Source of the DNA: Mobula birostris
Lineage: Eukaryota
NCBI RefSeq assembly: GCF_030028105.1
Contig: NC_092375.1
Span: forward strand, 70,655,130-70,719,129
Direction: 5' to 3'
Length of the DNA: 64,000 nt
The stretch's first letter is position 1. Each line of letters starts with the position of its first letter. Position numbers and translations under genes: made by a program. Positions 12,766 through 26,061 of the stretch are shown here, in pieces. The notes below the pieces were generated by a model, which saw nothing but the letters and a program-made list of their open reading frames with translations, ran no database searches and was not told the origin of the DNA.

Positions 12766-13624
12766 TTAAAGTATACAATGTAAGCAAAAGGTTATTGTAA
12801 CAGGGTTTTCAACTTCCCCAATATTAACTGGGATCACATTAGCGTGAGAGGATTCAGAGAGGATGGAATTATTCAAGTGGACTGATGCGAGATTTTTGGA
12901 GTCAGCATACATATTGTTCAACAAAAGGGCAGTGCTAGTCCTAATCTTTGGGAATATAAGGTGAGGTAGTGACAATAGAAGAGTATTTTGGTCATGGTGA
13001 CTATAACTGTAAAGCTTCAATGCAGTTATGAGAAAAGGATACGGATGACTGAGATTTAGATCCTGAATTAGGGGAAAGCCAAACTAAATATGACAAAATC
13101 TGGCAAAAGCAGATCAGGAGCAGCAACTCTGAAGTGGAAGTCAATCAGAAGTGAAGGTAGAAAGACTTCAAGGCCAATAAATTCCCCTGAGGACAGCAAG
13201 TCTAAGGAACCTTTGATGTTAAGGGATATCAAGAGCTGGAAGGGAGAATGGTGCTGGTAATAGAGAACTACAAATGGGAAAGGCCGAATAGGAGCATAGA
13301 AAGCTTAGGAGAACATTTAAAAACATACAAGAACAACAGAAGGAAAAAATAAATTTTTTAAAAATTGCAAAATATAATGTAAATAGATTAAGTGTAAAAA
13401 AGTAACCAAGGAAAGAGTAGGACCCTTGAAAATAAAATGGAGTCACAGAACAGAGGTGAGTTCCTAAATAAATATTTCACATCTATGTTTACTGAGGAGA
13501 AATACATTGAACCTGGAAAAAAATTATTCAAAACCTGGAAAATCTAGAACAAGTTACCATTAGAAAGGAGGTGGTATCAGAGCAAGCTGACAGGACCCGA
13601 TGAGGTATAATCTAGGCTCCTGTG

Positions 13625-16600
13625 GTAAGAAATTTGAGTGGTATGAAGTCTCCCAAGTACCAGGGTCTCACATCAGGTCCTCAGCATTTTTAATAGGGAG
13701 GGATAGCAGCCAGAAGTTATGGAACATATTGATACCAACAACATAGGGAGGAAAAGGGATGAGGTCCTGCAGAGTGAATATAGGGAGCTAGGTAGGAAGT
13801 TAAAAGGCAGGACCTCAAATGTAGTAATCTCTGTACCATGAGCCATTGAGGGTAAGAAAAGGATGATTTGGCAGATGAATGAGTCGCTGAAGAATTGCTA
13901 AGGGGGCACGGTTTCAGATTTGTGGATCATTGGGATCTCTTCTAGGGAAGGTACATATTGTACAAAAATGCTGGGTTATACCTGACCAATGTCCTTGTTG
14001 GCAGGTTGGCTAGAGCTTTCGGAGGGTTTAAAATCAGGCTGGCAGGGGAGTGGGAATCAGTAATAGGAATAGTTGGTGTAAAGGCAGACATAATGGGTAG
14101 AGATACTATAAGAAAGGATAGGCAGTGAATAGGGCATAAATGCAATCAGTTGGATTAGTTGAAATGTGCTTAGTTTAACACGAGCAGTAGCTGGAACAAA
14201 GCTGATGAACTTAGAGCATGGATCAGTGTGGCCACTTCAGAAATCTGGCTGTCACAAAGGCAGGAATGGCTGCTGGATGTTCCAGGATTTAGATGTTTCA
14301 GAAGTGACAGGGAGGGAAGTGAAAGAGGTGGAGGAGTGATGACATTGCTAATCAGGGATAGTATCGCAGCTGCAGAAAGGGAGCTCATTGTGGAGGGATT
14401 GTCTCCTGATTCAGTGTGGGTGGAAGTCAGAAACAGGAAGTGAGCAATCACTGTCGTAGTATTCTATAGAATCACCCCCTCCACCCATGGCAATAGACAC
14501 TGAGGTGCAGATCAAGAGGCAAATGTGCAAAAATAACAGGGTTGTTGTCACGATTGCATCTTTTGCACCTGTTCTGGAAAGTTGCAACAATAACAGGTTG
14601 TTGTCACTGGTGACTTCAACTTCCCTAAAATCGGTTGGCACCTCCTTAGTGCAAAAGGTTAACATGGAGCAGAATTCATTTGGCGAGTCTAGGAAGGATT
14701 CCTGACACAACATGTGAACTGACCAACTAGAGGAAGGGCCATACTAGATCTAGTACTAGCCAATGAACCTGGTCAGGTGACAGATCTCTTGGTAGGTGAC
14801 CATTTCAGAGACAATGACAACTCCCTCACCTTTACCATAGCCTTGAACAGAGCAGACAACATGGTGAAGTATTTAATTGGGAGAGGACTAATTATGATGC
14901 TATTAGGCAGGAACTTGAGAGTATAAATTGAGAACAGATGTAACTCAGAAATAAACAACAGAAATGTGAGGTTGCTTAGGGAGCACTAGAATGGGGCTCT
15001 GGATTGGCTTGTCCCTAAGAGGTAGGTAAAGGGTGGTCAGGTGAAGGAACCATGGTTGACAAGAGAAGTGGAACTTATAGTCAAGAAAAAGGAAGCACAC
15101 TTAAGGTTTAGGAAGAAAAGATCAGACGGGATTCGAAAGCTATAAGGTAATCAAGAAGCTTAAGGGGACATAAGCAGGCCTGCAAGTAGGATAAAGGAAA
15201 ACCCCAAGGCCTTCTACATGTAAGTGAAGAACAGAGTGAGCTTAGGACTGATCAGGAATAAAAGAGGAAACATGTGTCTGGTGCAAGCCAAGGTAGGGGA
15301 GGTCCTTATTGAATATGTTGCTTCAGTATTCACCAGTGAGAGGGACCTTTACGAATATGAAATCAGCGTATGACCGGATACTACAGGAAGCAAGGGAAAA
15401 CGATTGCTGAACCTTTAGAAATTATCCTTGCATCCTCACTGCCCATGAGAGTAGTACCAGAAGATTGGGGAGCAGGGGGAAGGGGGGGTGTTATTCCTTG
15501 TGGTTAGCATAATGCTATTACAACGCCATGAACACGGTCCAATCCCACCACTTTCTGTAAGTTTGTACATTGTTCCCGTGACCACGTGTGTTTCCTCCAG
15601 GTTCTCTGGTTTCCTCCCACATTCCAAAGATGAATGGATCAGTAGGTTAATTTGTCATTGGGTGTAATTGGGTGGCACGTGCTTGTTGGGCCAGAAGGCC
15701 CTGCTACCATGCTGTATCTCTAAATCTAAAGTCTTTGTTTAGAAAGGTATTAGGAATAACCCTGGGAATTACAGACCAGTGACTCTTACATCAGTGGTGG
15801 GCAAACTATTTGGGAGGATTCTTAGAGACAGGATTTACGAGCATTTGGGGAAGCATAATCTGATTAGGGATAGACAGCATGGCTTTGTGAGGGGCAAGCC
15901 GTGCCTCACGAGCCTAGCTGAATTCTTTGAGGATGTGACCAAACGAATTGCTTAAGGAGGAACAGTAGATGTGGTATATAAAGATTTTAGTACGATGTTC
16001 AATAAGGTTTCCCATGGTAGGCTTATTTAGAAAATGAGAAGGCATGGGATCCATGGAAACTTGGCTGCGTGGATTCAGAACTGGCTTGCCCACAGAAGGC
16101 AGAGATGTATAGTAAATGGAATGTATTCTGTCTGAAGGTCAGTGGCTAGCGGTTCCCACAAAGTTCTGTTAGGGACCCCTGCTCTTTGTGAGTTTTATAA
16201 ATGACTTAGATGAAGAAGTGGAAGGGTGGGTTAGTAAGTTTGCAGATGACACAAAGGCTGGTGGTGTTGTGGATAATGTAGAAGGTTATCGTGGGTTACA
16301 ACAAGACATTAATAGGATGCTGAGCTGGGCCAAAAAGTGGCAGATGAAGTTCAATGCCGAAAGGTGTGAAGTGATTCATTTTGGAAGGTAAAATACAAGG
16401 CTAATGGCAGATTCCTAGCAGTGTGGAGAAGCAGAAGGATCTTGTGGTCCATGTCCGTAGATCCCTCAAAGTTGCCGCATAAGTTGATAGGATGGTTAAG
16501 GCGGCGTATGAAGGTGTGTTAACCTTCATTAGTCGGGAGACTGAGTTCAGAAGCCACGAGGTAATACTGCGGCCCTATAAAACTCTGTTTAGACCACACC

Positions 16601-17070
16601 TGGGGTATTGTGTTCAGTTCTGGTCACCTCATATAGGAAGGATGTGGAAGTTTGAGAGGGGACGCAGAGAAGCTATACCAGGATGCTGCCTGGATTAGAC
16701 AGCATATCTTGAGTAAAGGTTCAGCAAGGTAGGGCTTTTCTCTTTGCAGAGGAAGAAGAGAGGTGAATTGATTAGAGGTCATTAAGATGATAAGAAGCAA
16801 AGAGAGTGGATGGCCAGCACCTTTTTTCCCAGAGCAGCAATGCCTAATACGAGAGGGCATAATTGTATGGTGAGTGGAGGAAAGTATAGGGGAGTGGTAA
16901 GTGGATTGAATACATTACCAGGCATGTTGGTAGAGCAGATGCGCTAGGGACTTTTGAGACTATCAGATAGGTACATAGATGAAAGCAAAATGGTGGGAGG
17001 GAAGTGTCTGATTTTGAGTAGATTAAAAGGTTGGCACAACATTGTGAGCCAAAGGACCTGTACTGTTCTA
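13625..17070 (+). mobile_element. Degraded CR1 LINE (esterase ORF1 remnant + ORF2)
   Basis: SEIWL..WLLDVPGFRCFR, FINDLDEEVEGWVSKFADD and [13 protein letters not shown] motifs. An older CR1 remnant lies at about 11100-11760 and 12770-13620. Confidence 0.88.
15490..15730 (+). mobile_element. tRNA-derived SINE nested in CR1
   Basis: gtggttagcataatgc head, ctgtaagtttgtac...gtttcctcccacattccaaaga core and (tctaaa)n tail; CR1 sequence resumes afterwards. Confidence 0.8.
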
Positions 17071-17091
17071 TGAAACAAAGCATTTTATTAC

Positions 17092-17152
17092 CATGATTAT
17101 CAGATGCCTCATCATCTTGAGCAGAACTCAGTCTTTCCTTCTTCTTTCCCAT
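17092..17152 (-). CDS. USP16: Ubiquitin carboxyl-terminal hydrolase 16, first coding exon (exon spans 17181-17092 including 5'UTR)
   Basis: ATG at 17152 gives MGKKKERLSSAQDDEASDNH, resembling the USP16 N-terminus MGKK. Pyrimidine-rich AG acceptor at 17183-17182 and GTAATA donor at 17091. The 61 coding nt (phase 1) join in frame to the next exon. Confidence 0.85.
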
Positions 17153-18889
17153 TCCAATGCTGTTTACTAGGTTTCAATAACCTTTAAAAAAAAAGAAAAA
17201 CTTGTAAGATGAAGCATCTGAAAAAATGCACAACTGAAGATAATCGGCTGAATTAAGCTATCTGTCACCAGGTTGCAAAGGGGACTGATGACATTCAATG
17301 CTTACACTTCTGATCCTGCTAGAATCTCAAAATAAACAACTCAAGATGCTGTTATGTCTATCACTTGTCTCCGTCCAGCGAAGAAACTGGAATCTTCATT
17401 TATAAATGGGAGATGATGGAAAAGTAAGGTTTTTTAAACATACTTTAATGTTTTCAGCTATTTATTCTAATAATTTTTAAATTAATGTTTTTTCTAACCA
17501 AAACAATTTTCATTGTATCAGAACAATAAAACTCTTACAAAGACTCTGTTGTATGACTATTTCATTCTTAGATTAAACTGTTTAATTGTTATTTTCTTTG
17601 CAGTTTACCAATTAATTATCTGCTTGTATTTTAAGTAGCTCTTAAACATACATACATAGGTCCTTCATTGCTGCCCTAAATGCCCGTGGTGTAACGGGCA
17701 GCAAGTTATATGCACACAGGTTTAATACGCCTCTAGTGGCTATAGAAAGTATAATACTGGAAAGCTCTTGAAGTTTCTTTATTCTGCACTACTTGAATAA
17801 GTGGTTTTTCATTAGTTAACTTGGTATGGCAGTGTTCAAATGAGTACTTTCTAATTGTCTGTCTCTTATCCACAGATTTGAATGGAATTTTTCTTATCCC
17901 TGCGGTATAAATATGGCTGTTGTATGCTAGGTGCTAGGTACCATCTTTGTTCCTTTGTCTCTGTCACCGAGTAGATCCCCCTCTCCCACTGTCTGTTTCT
18001 CTGTTCTACCAACTCTCAATAAAACAATTGCGTAGCAATAATTTCCCCCGGGATCAATTAAGTATGACTATGACTACGACAAGGCTTGTGCCTCTTTCCT
18101 GACTTCTAAAAGAACCCTGGATATAAATACCAGAATCCATCAAGTGTAGTCAGCAGGATATTTCAGATATTTAGAACTTCTATCAACTTGAAGACAAAGG
18201 GGTGAATTTTTGGCATACTCCTCTTTTGTCTGAGGGAAAAAAAAGAGTTCTAGCTTTGAATACCGGGTGGAATTCAGGGAACAAGAACTGCTGTGTTGCT
18301 ATTTAAAAACAGCTGTGAAAATATTGGTTGCAGTCTATTTGGTCATAATTATTCGGTTACGAACTATTTTGGTACCTGGTGAAAATATTGGTTGTACAAC
18401 TTATTTGATTGTAGCCAAATAGATCACAATCTATTTGCTTGCTGGACCAACCTATGTGGTTGTGATCCATTTGGTACTTTGTTACAATCCCACCAAAGAA
18501 TAAGTGTAGAGTTAACAAAACAGTCACAGCAGAGAAAGCAGATCAAGTCAATTTTGACTCGTGAAGTTATCCTTGCAGTCCAACTCCACTGTTACACTGA
18601 ATTTATTTTCCCTCAAGCACCTATATAATTTCCTTTTGAGAAGTCTCAGTGATCCTGCTTCTGCAGGCAGCCAAAATCCACCTACAAAAAGGATTTGCCT
18701 CACTTTCCTTCCGGCAATATCTGTGGAAAGGGAAGCAGAGGTAACATTTCAGGCCAACGAACTTTCATTGGAAGCTTGACTCGAAGCCTTAACTATCTCC
18801 TTCCCCAGATGATATCTGACTTGGTTTTCCAAAATTTTCTGTTTTATTTCACATTTTCAACAACCGTACTACTTTGCTCCCCCGCCATA

Positions 18890-20260
18890 TTGCAGGAGCC
18901 CTGGTAGAGATATCCTTAGCCACAGGATGTGCTGCCAGAATGTTGTTCCATTGTTCAAGAAAACCTCAAGGAATACACCAAGAAATTGTAGGCTGGTGAG
19001 CCTGACACCAATAATGGGTAAATTATTCAAAATCATTCTAAGGGGCAGGATAAGTATTTGGATAGGCAGGACGCAATAAGAAACAGTCAACATGGCTTTG
19101 TGAATGGTAGATCATATCTAACCAATCTTTAAGAATTTTTTTTGAGGAAGTTTCCAAAGAGGTTAACAAGAAGGTTGTTGAAGGAAAGGTGGGGGATGTG
19201 GTCTCCATGGATTTTAGCAAGGCCTTTTAAAAAAAAAAAAATCCCGCGTGGGAGGCTAACCCAGAAAGTTCAATGGGATTTGGGATGAAGAAGCCAACTG
19301 TATCCAACATTGGCTTACTGGCAGAAGCCAGAGTGTAGTAGTAGATGGTGGTCTCTCTGTTTGGAGGCCTGTGACCAGTGGAGTGCCAGAGGTATCAGTG
19401 CTGGGTCTGTTGTTGTTTATCATCTGTAGGATTCAGATGATAACATGATAAACTCAACCAGCAAATTTGTGGATGACACAAATATTGGGGGCATAGTGGA
19501 CAGCAAAAAAGGCTGCTAAAGCTTGTAGTTTTCTCACTGTCCACTATGCCCCCAACCTTTGTGCTATCCAGCTGGGAAAATGGACTTAAATTTTAAAAAA
19601 AGGCTGATGGAATTTAATGCAGACAATTGTGAGGAGTTGCATTTTGGGAGGATAAAACAGGGTGAATCTTAAACAGTGAATGCATGGGCACTGAGGTGTA
19701 CAGCAGAACAAAGGGACCTGGGATTACAGATTCAAAATTTGAAAGTGGCATCACAAGTAAATAGGGTTATGAAGAGGTTTTAGTATACTGCTTTCACAAA
19801 TCAAGGTACTGAGTACAGGAGTGGGATGTTACACTGACAATGTACTGGATGTTGGTGAGACAGAATTTAAGAGTATTATGTGCAGCTCTGGTCACCTACC
19901 TACACAATTACTTACAAGGATGTTGTCGGGACTCGGAGACCCGAGTTAAAGGAAAATGTTGAATAGGCGAGAACTTTATTCCCTGGAGAGATTTTACAGA
20001 TGTATACAAAATTATGAAAGGTGTAGATCAGGAGAATGCATGCAGACTTCCCCCCCACCGCCCCGTCAGGTTGGGTGAGACTAGAACTAGACGTCATAGG
20101 ACGTCATAGGTTTAGGGTAAAAGATGAGACATTTAAGGGGAATCTGAGGGGAAACTTCTTCACTCAGAGGGTAATGCGAATGAGGCATGAGCTGCCAGCA
20201 GAAGTGATAGATGTGGGTTCAATAGTAACATTTAAGAGAAACTTCGATAGATACATGGAG
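18890..20260 (+). mobile_element. Degraded CR1 LINE 3' half (RT)
   Basis: Decayed RT-domain sequence and the GNLRGNFFTQRV C-terminal motif. Confidence 0.85.
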
Positions 20261-21350
20261 CAGTTCATATCCGCTCATGTCAATTATTCAACTAATTAAC
20301 AAACAACATATCTAAGCTCTTCTCGGAGCTCTTCAATGTTTGTGATCTTGACTCAACAGAACCAATGATCATCGGAGAAAGTAGCAGTGGGGAGAGTAAA
20401 TATGGTTCAGAGCCTGAAAGAAACACAGCACAGAAACTGACTCTCTGACATACGCACCCTGCCACCTCCACTCCTACCAACTATTAAACTCATCCTACCT
20501 TTTACTTTCAGTTTTCCACCATATTCTCGCACTCGTCACCGCCAGACCCTTTTCGGTCGTGAGAAAACGAAACAGGTTCTGGGGACATTCAAGACCAAAT
20601 TGGCAAAATAATGCCAATCATTTGTCTTTTGCAGAAGGATGAAATGAAAAACAAAAGCCACAGTCTATACGAGCTTACAGTAAATATACAGAGAAATGTT
20701 TAACACCACAGAACTCATTCATAATTGTGCAAATTTTTATGGAAACCTCCGATGCCTACTCTGCTTCAAGGAAAACAATGTTATCTCACTTCCTGATTTC
20801 TAATAAATTTCCATCCAATCAAAATAAAAAGATACATGGATGGGAGGAGTATGCAGGGTTATGGTCTGGGTGCAGGTAGGTAGTACAAGACAGAAGCTCC
20901 AGTCAGCATGCACTAATAAGCAAAGGCCTATTTCTGTATTCTAGTACACTATGACTCTATATTACCAACATACATATACTTAGGTACTCATCTGCTCTCC
21001 TCCTCCTTAAAACATCTAATGGAAACAGCTCCTCCTCACCCCTTCTGAGCCCATCCTGCACATCTCAATCAAATCTCAACTTTCTTTCAGAGAAAAAGAT
21101 CAGCCCCATCACCCCCTTTCCCAACCTAACCTGATAGCTGAAACCCTTACTATTACAATGATTCTGTTTCCTCTGCGATCTCGGGAGCAGAAGGCAGGAG
21201 CAAGCAGCTTTTTAAAAAGTTGCTTTTCCCCCTTTTGGGTGCTTTGGGTGTTTGTCTTCAGCTGCAACAGCCAGAGCAGCAGACGGCAAGAGCTAGCAGG
21301 CTTTTTTTTAAAATAAAATGCGTGATTGGCTAAGCGTGGAGCAATCCACT

Positions 21351-21772
21351 CTCCTCAGGTGCAATGTACCAGTGGTCCCCAGCCACTGGGCCCCAATCTC
21401 CTCAGGTGCAATATACCAATGGTCCCCAGCCACTGGGCCGCAGTCTTCTCAGGTGCAATATACCAGCGGTCCCCAGCCACCGGGCCGCAACCTCCACAGG
21501 TGCAATGTACCAGTGGTCCCCAGCCACCGGGCCGCAATCTCCTCAGGTGCAATATACCAGCGGTCCCCAACCACCGGGCCGCAATCTCCTCAGGTGCAAT
21601 ATACCAGCGGTCCCCAGCCACCGGGCCGCAATCTCCTCAGGTGCAATATACCAGTGGTCCCCAGCCACCAGGCCACAATCTCCTCAGGTGCAATATACCA
21701 GTGGTCCCCAGCCACCGGGCCGCAATCTCCTCGGGTGCAATATACCAATGGTCCCCAGCCACTGGGCCGCAA
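21351..21772. repeat. 47-bp minisatellite, about 9 copies, built from the hAT left-end junction
   Basis: Unit ctcctcaggtg-caatatac-cagtggtccccagccaccgggccgcaat. Confidence 0.95.
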
Positions 21773-22257
21773 AGCATGTGCTACTGCGCCACGAAGAAAC
21801 GATATGAGTCAGCTGCACTTTTCCTCATTCTCTGTCAAGCACTGTTGAATTTGAAATAACCTACCAAATCATATCAACTAACACATAAAACCTAAAATAA
21901 CACTAACATACAGTAAAAGGAATGATATGATAAATACACAGCCTATATAAAGTAGAAATAATGTATGCACAGCTTAGTTTCACAGAATCAGGAAGATTAA
22001 GGGAAAACCAATTTGTAGAAAAAAAATCGGCACGTATACGCATGCGCACACAGGTGCCTGCGCAAGGCTTCATGGTCATGGTAGTCTTTCTCAGGGTAAA
22101 CACACGTGTCCCGTATTTGACTGCTACTTTTGTCCCTTATTTGGGAGTGAGAAAGTTGGCAACCCCACTTGAACACCCCCCACCCCCGTCGGCCGGTCCG
22201 CAAGAATATTGTCAATATTAAACCAGTCCGCAGTGCAAAAAAGGTTGGGGACCCCTG
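21746..22257 (+). mobile_element. Non-autonomous hAT (Charlie-like) MITE with 8-bp TSD caatatac
   Basis: Left TIR ca(g/a)tggtcccca(g/a)cc and right TIR ggttggggacccctg. TSD caatatac at 21738-21745 and 22258-22265. Confidence 0.88.
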
Positions 22258-22329
22258 CAATATACTATTACCTTACCAACTCACCCAATTTGTTGATGTA
22301 GAAAATTGGAGGATCATCTGAATAAATAC

Positions 22330-23085
22330 CCTCTCTCTCTGTAAGGCCCAACAGGATCCTGCAGAGAGTGGTGCGGACAGCCCAGTGCTTCTGTAGATGT
22401 GAACTTCCGACTATTCAGGACATTTACAAAGACAGGTGTGTAAAAAGGGCCCGAAGGATCACTGGGCACCTGAGTCACCCCAACCACAAACTGTTCCAGC
22501 TGCTACCATCTGGGAAATGGTACAGTAGCATAAAAGCCAGGACCAACAGGCTCTGGGACAGCTTCTTCCACCAGGCCATCAGACTGATTAACTCATGCTG
22601 ACACAACTGTTATTTAATATGCGGCAACAAAGGGCAACAAATACACTTCGCTTCCTGTAATGTATTTGGACCCTTTTGATATCTGCCATTGCACAGCGGC
22701 TCCACTTTATTAGGAGTCTGAGGAGATTTGGTGCATCACCAAAGACTTCTGCAAATTTATAGATGTCCAGTGGATAGCAAACTGACTGGTTTGGAAGCTC
22801 CAATGCACAGGATTGCAAGAGGCTGCAGAGGGTTGTAGACTCAGCCAATACCAGCTCTGGCAAAACCCTCTCCACTATTGAGGACATCTGCAAGAGGCAG
22901 TGCCTCAAGGAGGAGGCATCAATCACTAAAGATCCTATTGGGGCAAGTCCTCTTCTCAGGAAGAAGGCACATGAGGCTGAAGACTCAGATTTTACATTCA
23001 GAAACTGCTCCTTCCTCTTGGCCATCAGATTCTGAATGGTCTATGAACACAACCTCATCATATCCCTCTTTTTTTGCTCTATTTA
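22330..23085 (+). mobile_element. Two Rex1/Babar-like LINE 3' fragments
   Basis: VVRTAQ...LPTIQDIY...HPNHKLFQLLPSG...SFFHQAIRLIN and a second, more decayed copy. Confidence 0.75.
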
Positions 23086-23089
23086 TGCG

Positions 23090-24812
23090 CCATGTCAGAA
23101 TAGGACAAATCAGGAGTGAGAATGGTAACGTGTATGGAGCCAGGGGAGGTAGCAGAGGTACTTAATTAATACTTTAATTGAGTATCTGCCACTGAAAAGG
23201 ACCTTGGCAATTATGCAGATGACTTACAGCAGACTGAAAAGCTTGAGTGTACAGAACTTTTGAAAGAGATTCTGCTGGAGCTTTTGAAAGGTATAAGTTA
23301 GATAAATCACTGGGACCGGATGAAATATACCCCAGGGTACTGTGAGAAGCAAGGGAGGAGATTGATGAGCCTCTGGCGATGATCTTTACATCAATAGGAA
23401 CGGGAGAAGTACCAGAGGATTGGAAGGTTGCAAATGTCATCCCCTTGTTCAAAAAAAGGAAGTAGAGATAGCCCAGGAAATTAGAGACCAGTGAGTCTTA
23501 CTTCAGTGGTGGCCAAGTTGTTGGAGAAGATCCTGACAGGCAGGATTTATGAGCATTTGGAGAGACATAATCTGATTAGGGATAGTCAGCATGGCTTTGT
23601 CAAGGGCAGGTCATGCCTTGCAAGCCTAATTCAATTCTTTGAGGACGTACCAAAACAGATTGATGAAGGTCGAAGAGTGGACGTAGTCTAGGATCCCCAC
23701 GCGAGGCTCATTCAGAAAATAAGGAGGCACAGGATCCAAGGAGACCTTGCTTTGTGGATCCAGAATTGACCTGACCACAGAAGGCAAAGGTTGGTTGTGG
23801 ATGGTTCATATTCTGCATGGAGGACGGTGACTAGTAGTGTTCTGCAGGGATCTGTTCTGGGACCCCTCCTCTTTGTGATTTTTTATAAATGACCTGGATG
23901 AGGAAATAGAAGGGTGGTTAGTAAGTTTGCTGGCGATCCAAAATTTGGGGGTGTTGTGGATAGTCTGGAAGATTAGCAGAGGTTACAGCAGGACATCAAT
24001 AGGATGCAGAACTGACTGAGAAGTGGCAGATGGAGTTCAATCCAGGTAAGTGTGAAGTGCTTCATTTCAGTAGGTCAAATTTGAAAACAGAATATTCATG
24101 GAAAAACTCTTGGCAGTGTGGAGGACCAGTGAGATCCACTCAAAGCTGCTGCACAGGTTGACAGTGTTGTTAAGAAGGTGTATGGTATGTTGGTCTTCAT
24201 CAACTGTGGGATTGAGTTCAAGAGCCATGAGGCAATGTTATAGCTATACAAGACCTTAGTTAGACCCCACTGGGAATACTGTGTTCAGTTCTGGTCACCC
24301 CATTACAGGAAGGCTGTGGATACATTAGAGTGCAGAGATTTACAAAGATGTTGCCTGGATTGGAGAGCATGCCTTATGAGAATAGGTTGAGTGAACTGGG
24401 CCTTTTCTCCTTAGAGCAAGAGAGGATGAGAGGTGACCTGATAGAGGTGTATAAGATGATGACAGGCATTGATTGTGTGGATAGCCAGAGGCGGCTTTTT
24501 CCCATGGCTGAAATAGCTAACCTGCGGGGGCATAGTTTTAAGGTGCTTGGAAGTAGGTGCAAGGGGGATGTCAGAGTTATGTTTTTCACACAGAGAGTGG
24601 TGGGTGTGTGGAATGCACTGCTAGTGATGGTGGTAGAGACGGATACAATAGAATCGTTTAAGAGCCTCTCCGATAGGTACATGGAGCTTAGAAAAATAGA
24701 GGGCGATGTGGTAGGGAAATTCTAGGCAGTTTCTAGAGTAGGTTACATGGTTGGCACAACAGTGTGGCCCAAAGGGCCTGTAATGTGCTGTAGATTTTCA
24801 ATGTTTCTATAT
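23090..24812 (+). mobile_element. 5'-truncated CR1 LINE with 3' tail
   Basis: SLTSVVAKLLEKIL..SQHGFVKGRSCL and [10 protein letters not shown]...FFTQRVV; tail tttcaatgtttctat. Confidence 0.9.
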
Positions 24813-25802
24813 TGTAATTTATAGTAACTTTGTCTTATAAATTCATATCATAAAAGATAGTGATAACAAACTGATTCTGATAGAAACTCAATATATACCC
24901 CATCATCACCACACAAGCCCATCCTTGAGAACAACGGGCATAAAGTCAAAGTCAATACACATTTATTATCAAAGTATGTGTATTTTATACAACTTTGAGA
25001 TTCGTCTTCTTACAGGCAGCTACAAAACAAAGTAAATATCATCACATCAGGCAGTGAGCAACCCCAATGTAATAACGTTGTTGTGCAGGGAGTAATTCCA
25101 GTCATCTAGGGTGCAGATGACCCTTCTGACTAATTGGAATCAACCGTCAATTACGAATCAATGAAATGGATTCATTCTAAACCCAATCAGCAATCACAAG
25201 TGAACGAATTGGATCCTTTAAAATCTACCAGGGAGCGCAGGCGGGTGAACCAGCTGCATCTTCCTTCGCTTTAGCACTAATAAGGAGGAACTGAACATTT
25301 CAGAGTCAGAGTACAGTACAGAAACAGGCCCTTCGGCTCATTTAGTCCATGCCAAGCCATTTATAAACTGCCTACACCCATCGATCATTTTCAGCAGAAA
25401 TAATAGGACTAACGCTCGTATAATGAATTTTTAAATAATTAAAATTTCTTAAGAATTGAACCACTTCGTTAAGAGACCTGCAATATATTCTAGCATTTTC
25501 CTTATCACTGACGTAAAACTCACTAGGGGCCTGTATTCCTTGATTTCCTACCTGTTCATTTTTTAATTTCAGATTTCCAGCCTCTGCGGTTCACTTTTAA
25601 TACTAATACCATGACTTGTATCCAACTAAGCAATCGGAATGAGACTGTTTTTTAAAAAAAAGGTTGGAAGACTTGGTCAAATGAGACACTCAACAGCGTT
25701 CACGGCCACTCCTGCTGCTTCAAACGTGTACACATGTGCAGTGCGCACAGTATCACTGAACCTCATCTGGAGGAACATCTGACCGCGGCCAGGCCCCGTT
25801 AC

Positions 25803-25930
25803 CTGTATCTCACAGACCGAACAGCGCAGAACACATCCCGAGCCGAGGCTCCCTCGCACCCCCACACCACCTCACCCGGTCCTTTCGGGGTCGCCGACCA
25901 GCTTCCACGCCACACCGGACGGGAAACACT
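25803..25930 (-). other. USP16: Putative non-coding first exon of USP16 (5' boundary approximate)
   Basis: Strong donor CAG|GTAACG on the - strand at 25803/25802 inside the CpG-rich patch. The downstream exon has an acceptor ahead of its ATG, so an upstream exon is required. Confidence 0.6.
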
Positions 25931-25939
25931 TCAGCGCTT

Positions 25940-26061
25940 GTTTGATTACCACGCATGCGCGAACGAACAGCGGCAGGTGACGGTGGTCGAGAGAAGTCAC
26001 AAAGGGCTGCCCGACGTGTGCGAGCGGCAGTGGCGGACCAACTGCAGTCCGGACCCGGCAG
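25940..26061 (+). other. RWDD2B: Putative first exon of RWDD2B (start approximate; two candidate donors)
   Basis: CAG|GTGACG after 25976 and CAG|GTACAC after 26061. The next exon has a tgtgcAG acceptor ending at 28247. Confidence 0.45.

Noticed and set aside
14530-14612. Short duplication aataacag(g)gttgttgtcac with intervening sequence
   Set aside because: A local repair or slippage scar within a dead CR1; no evidence of function.
17658-17706. Hairpin ttgctgccc...gggcagcaa as a candidate structured RNA
   Set aside because: Resembles the extreme 3' stem-loop end of an RTE-type LINE; too short to support an ncRNA call.
17725-17742. CTCF-like motif (ccactagaggcg on the - strand)
   Set aside because: One base short of the core consensus spacing; cannot be supported without ChIP or conservation data.
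21318-21859. Overlapping 147-177 aa ORFs in all three + frames
   Set aside because: Artefact of the 47-bp minisatellite; no protein-family signal.
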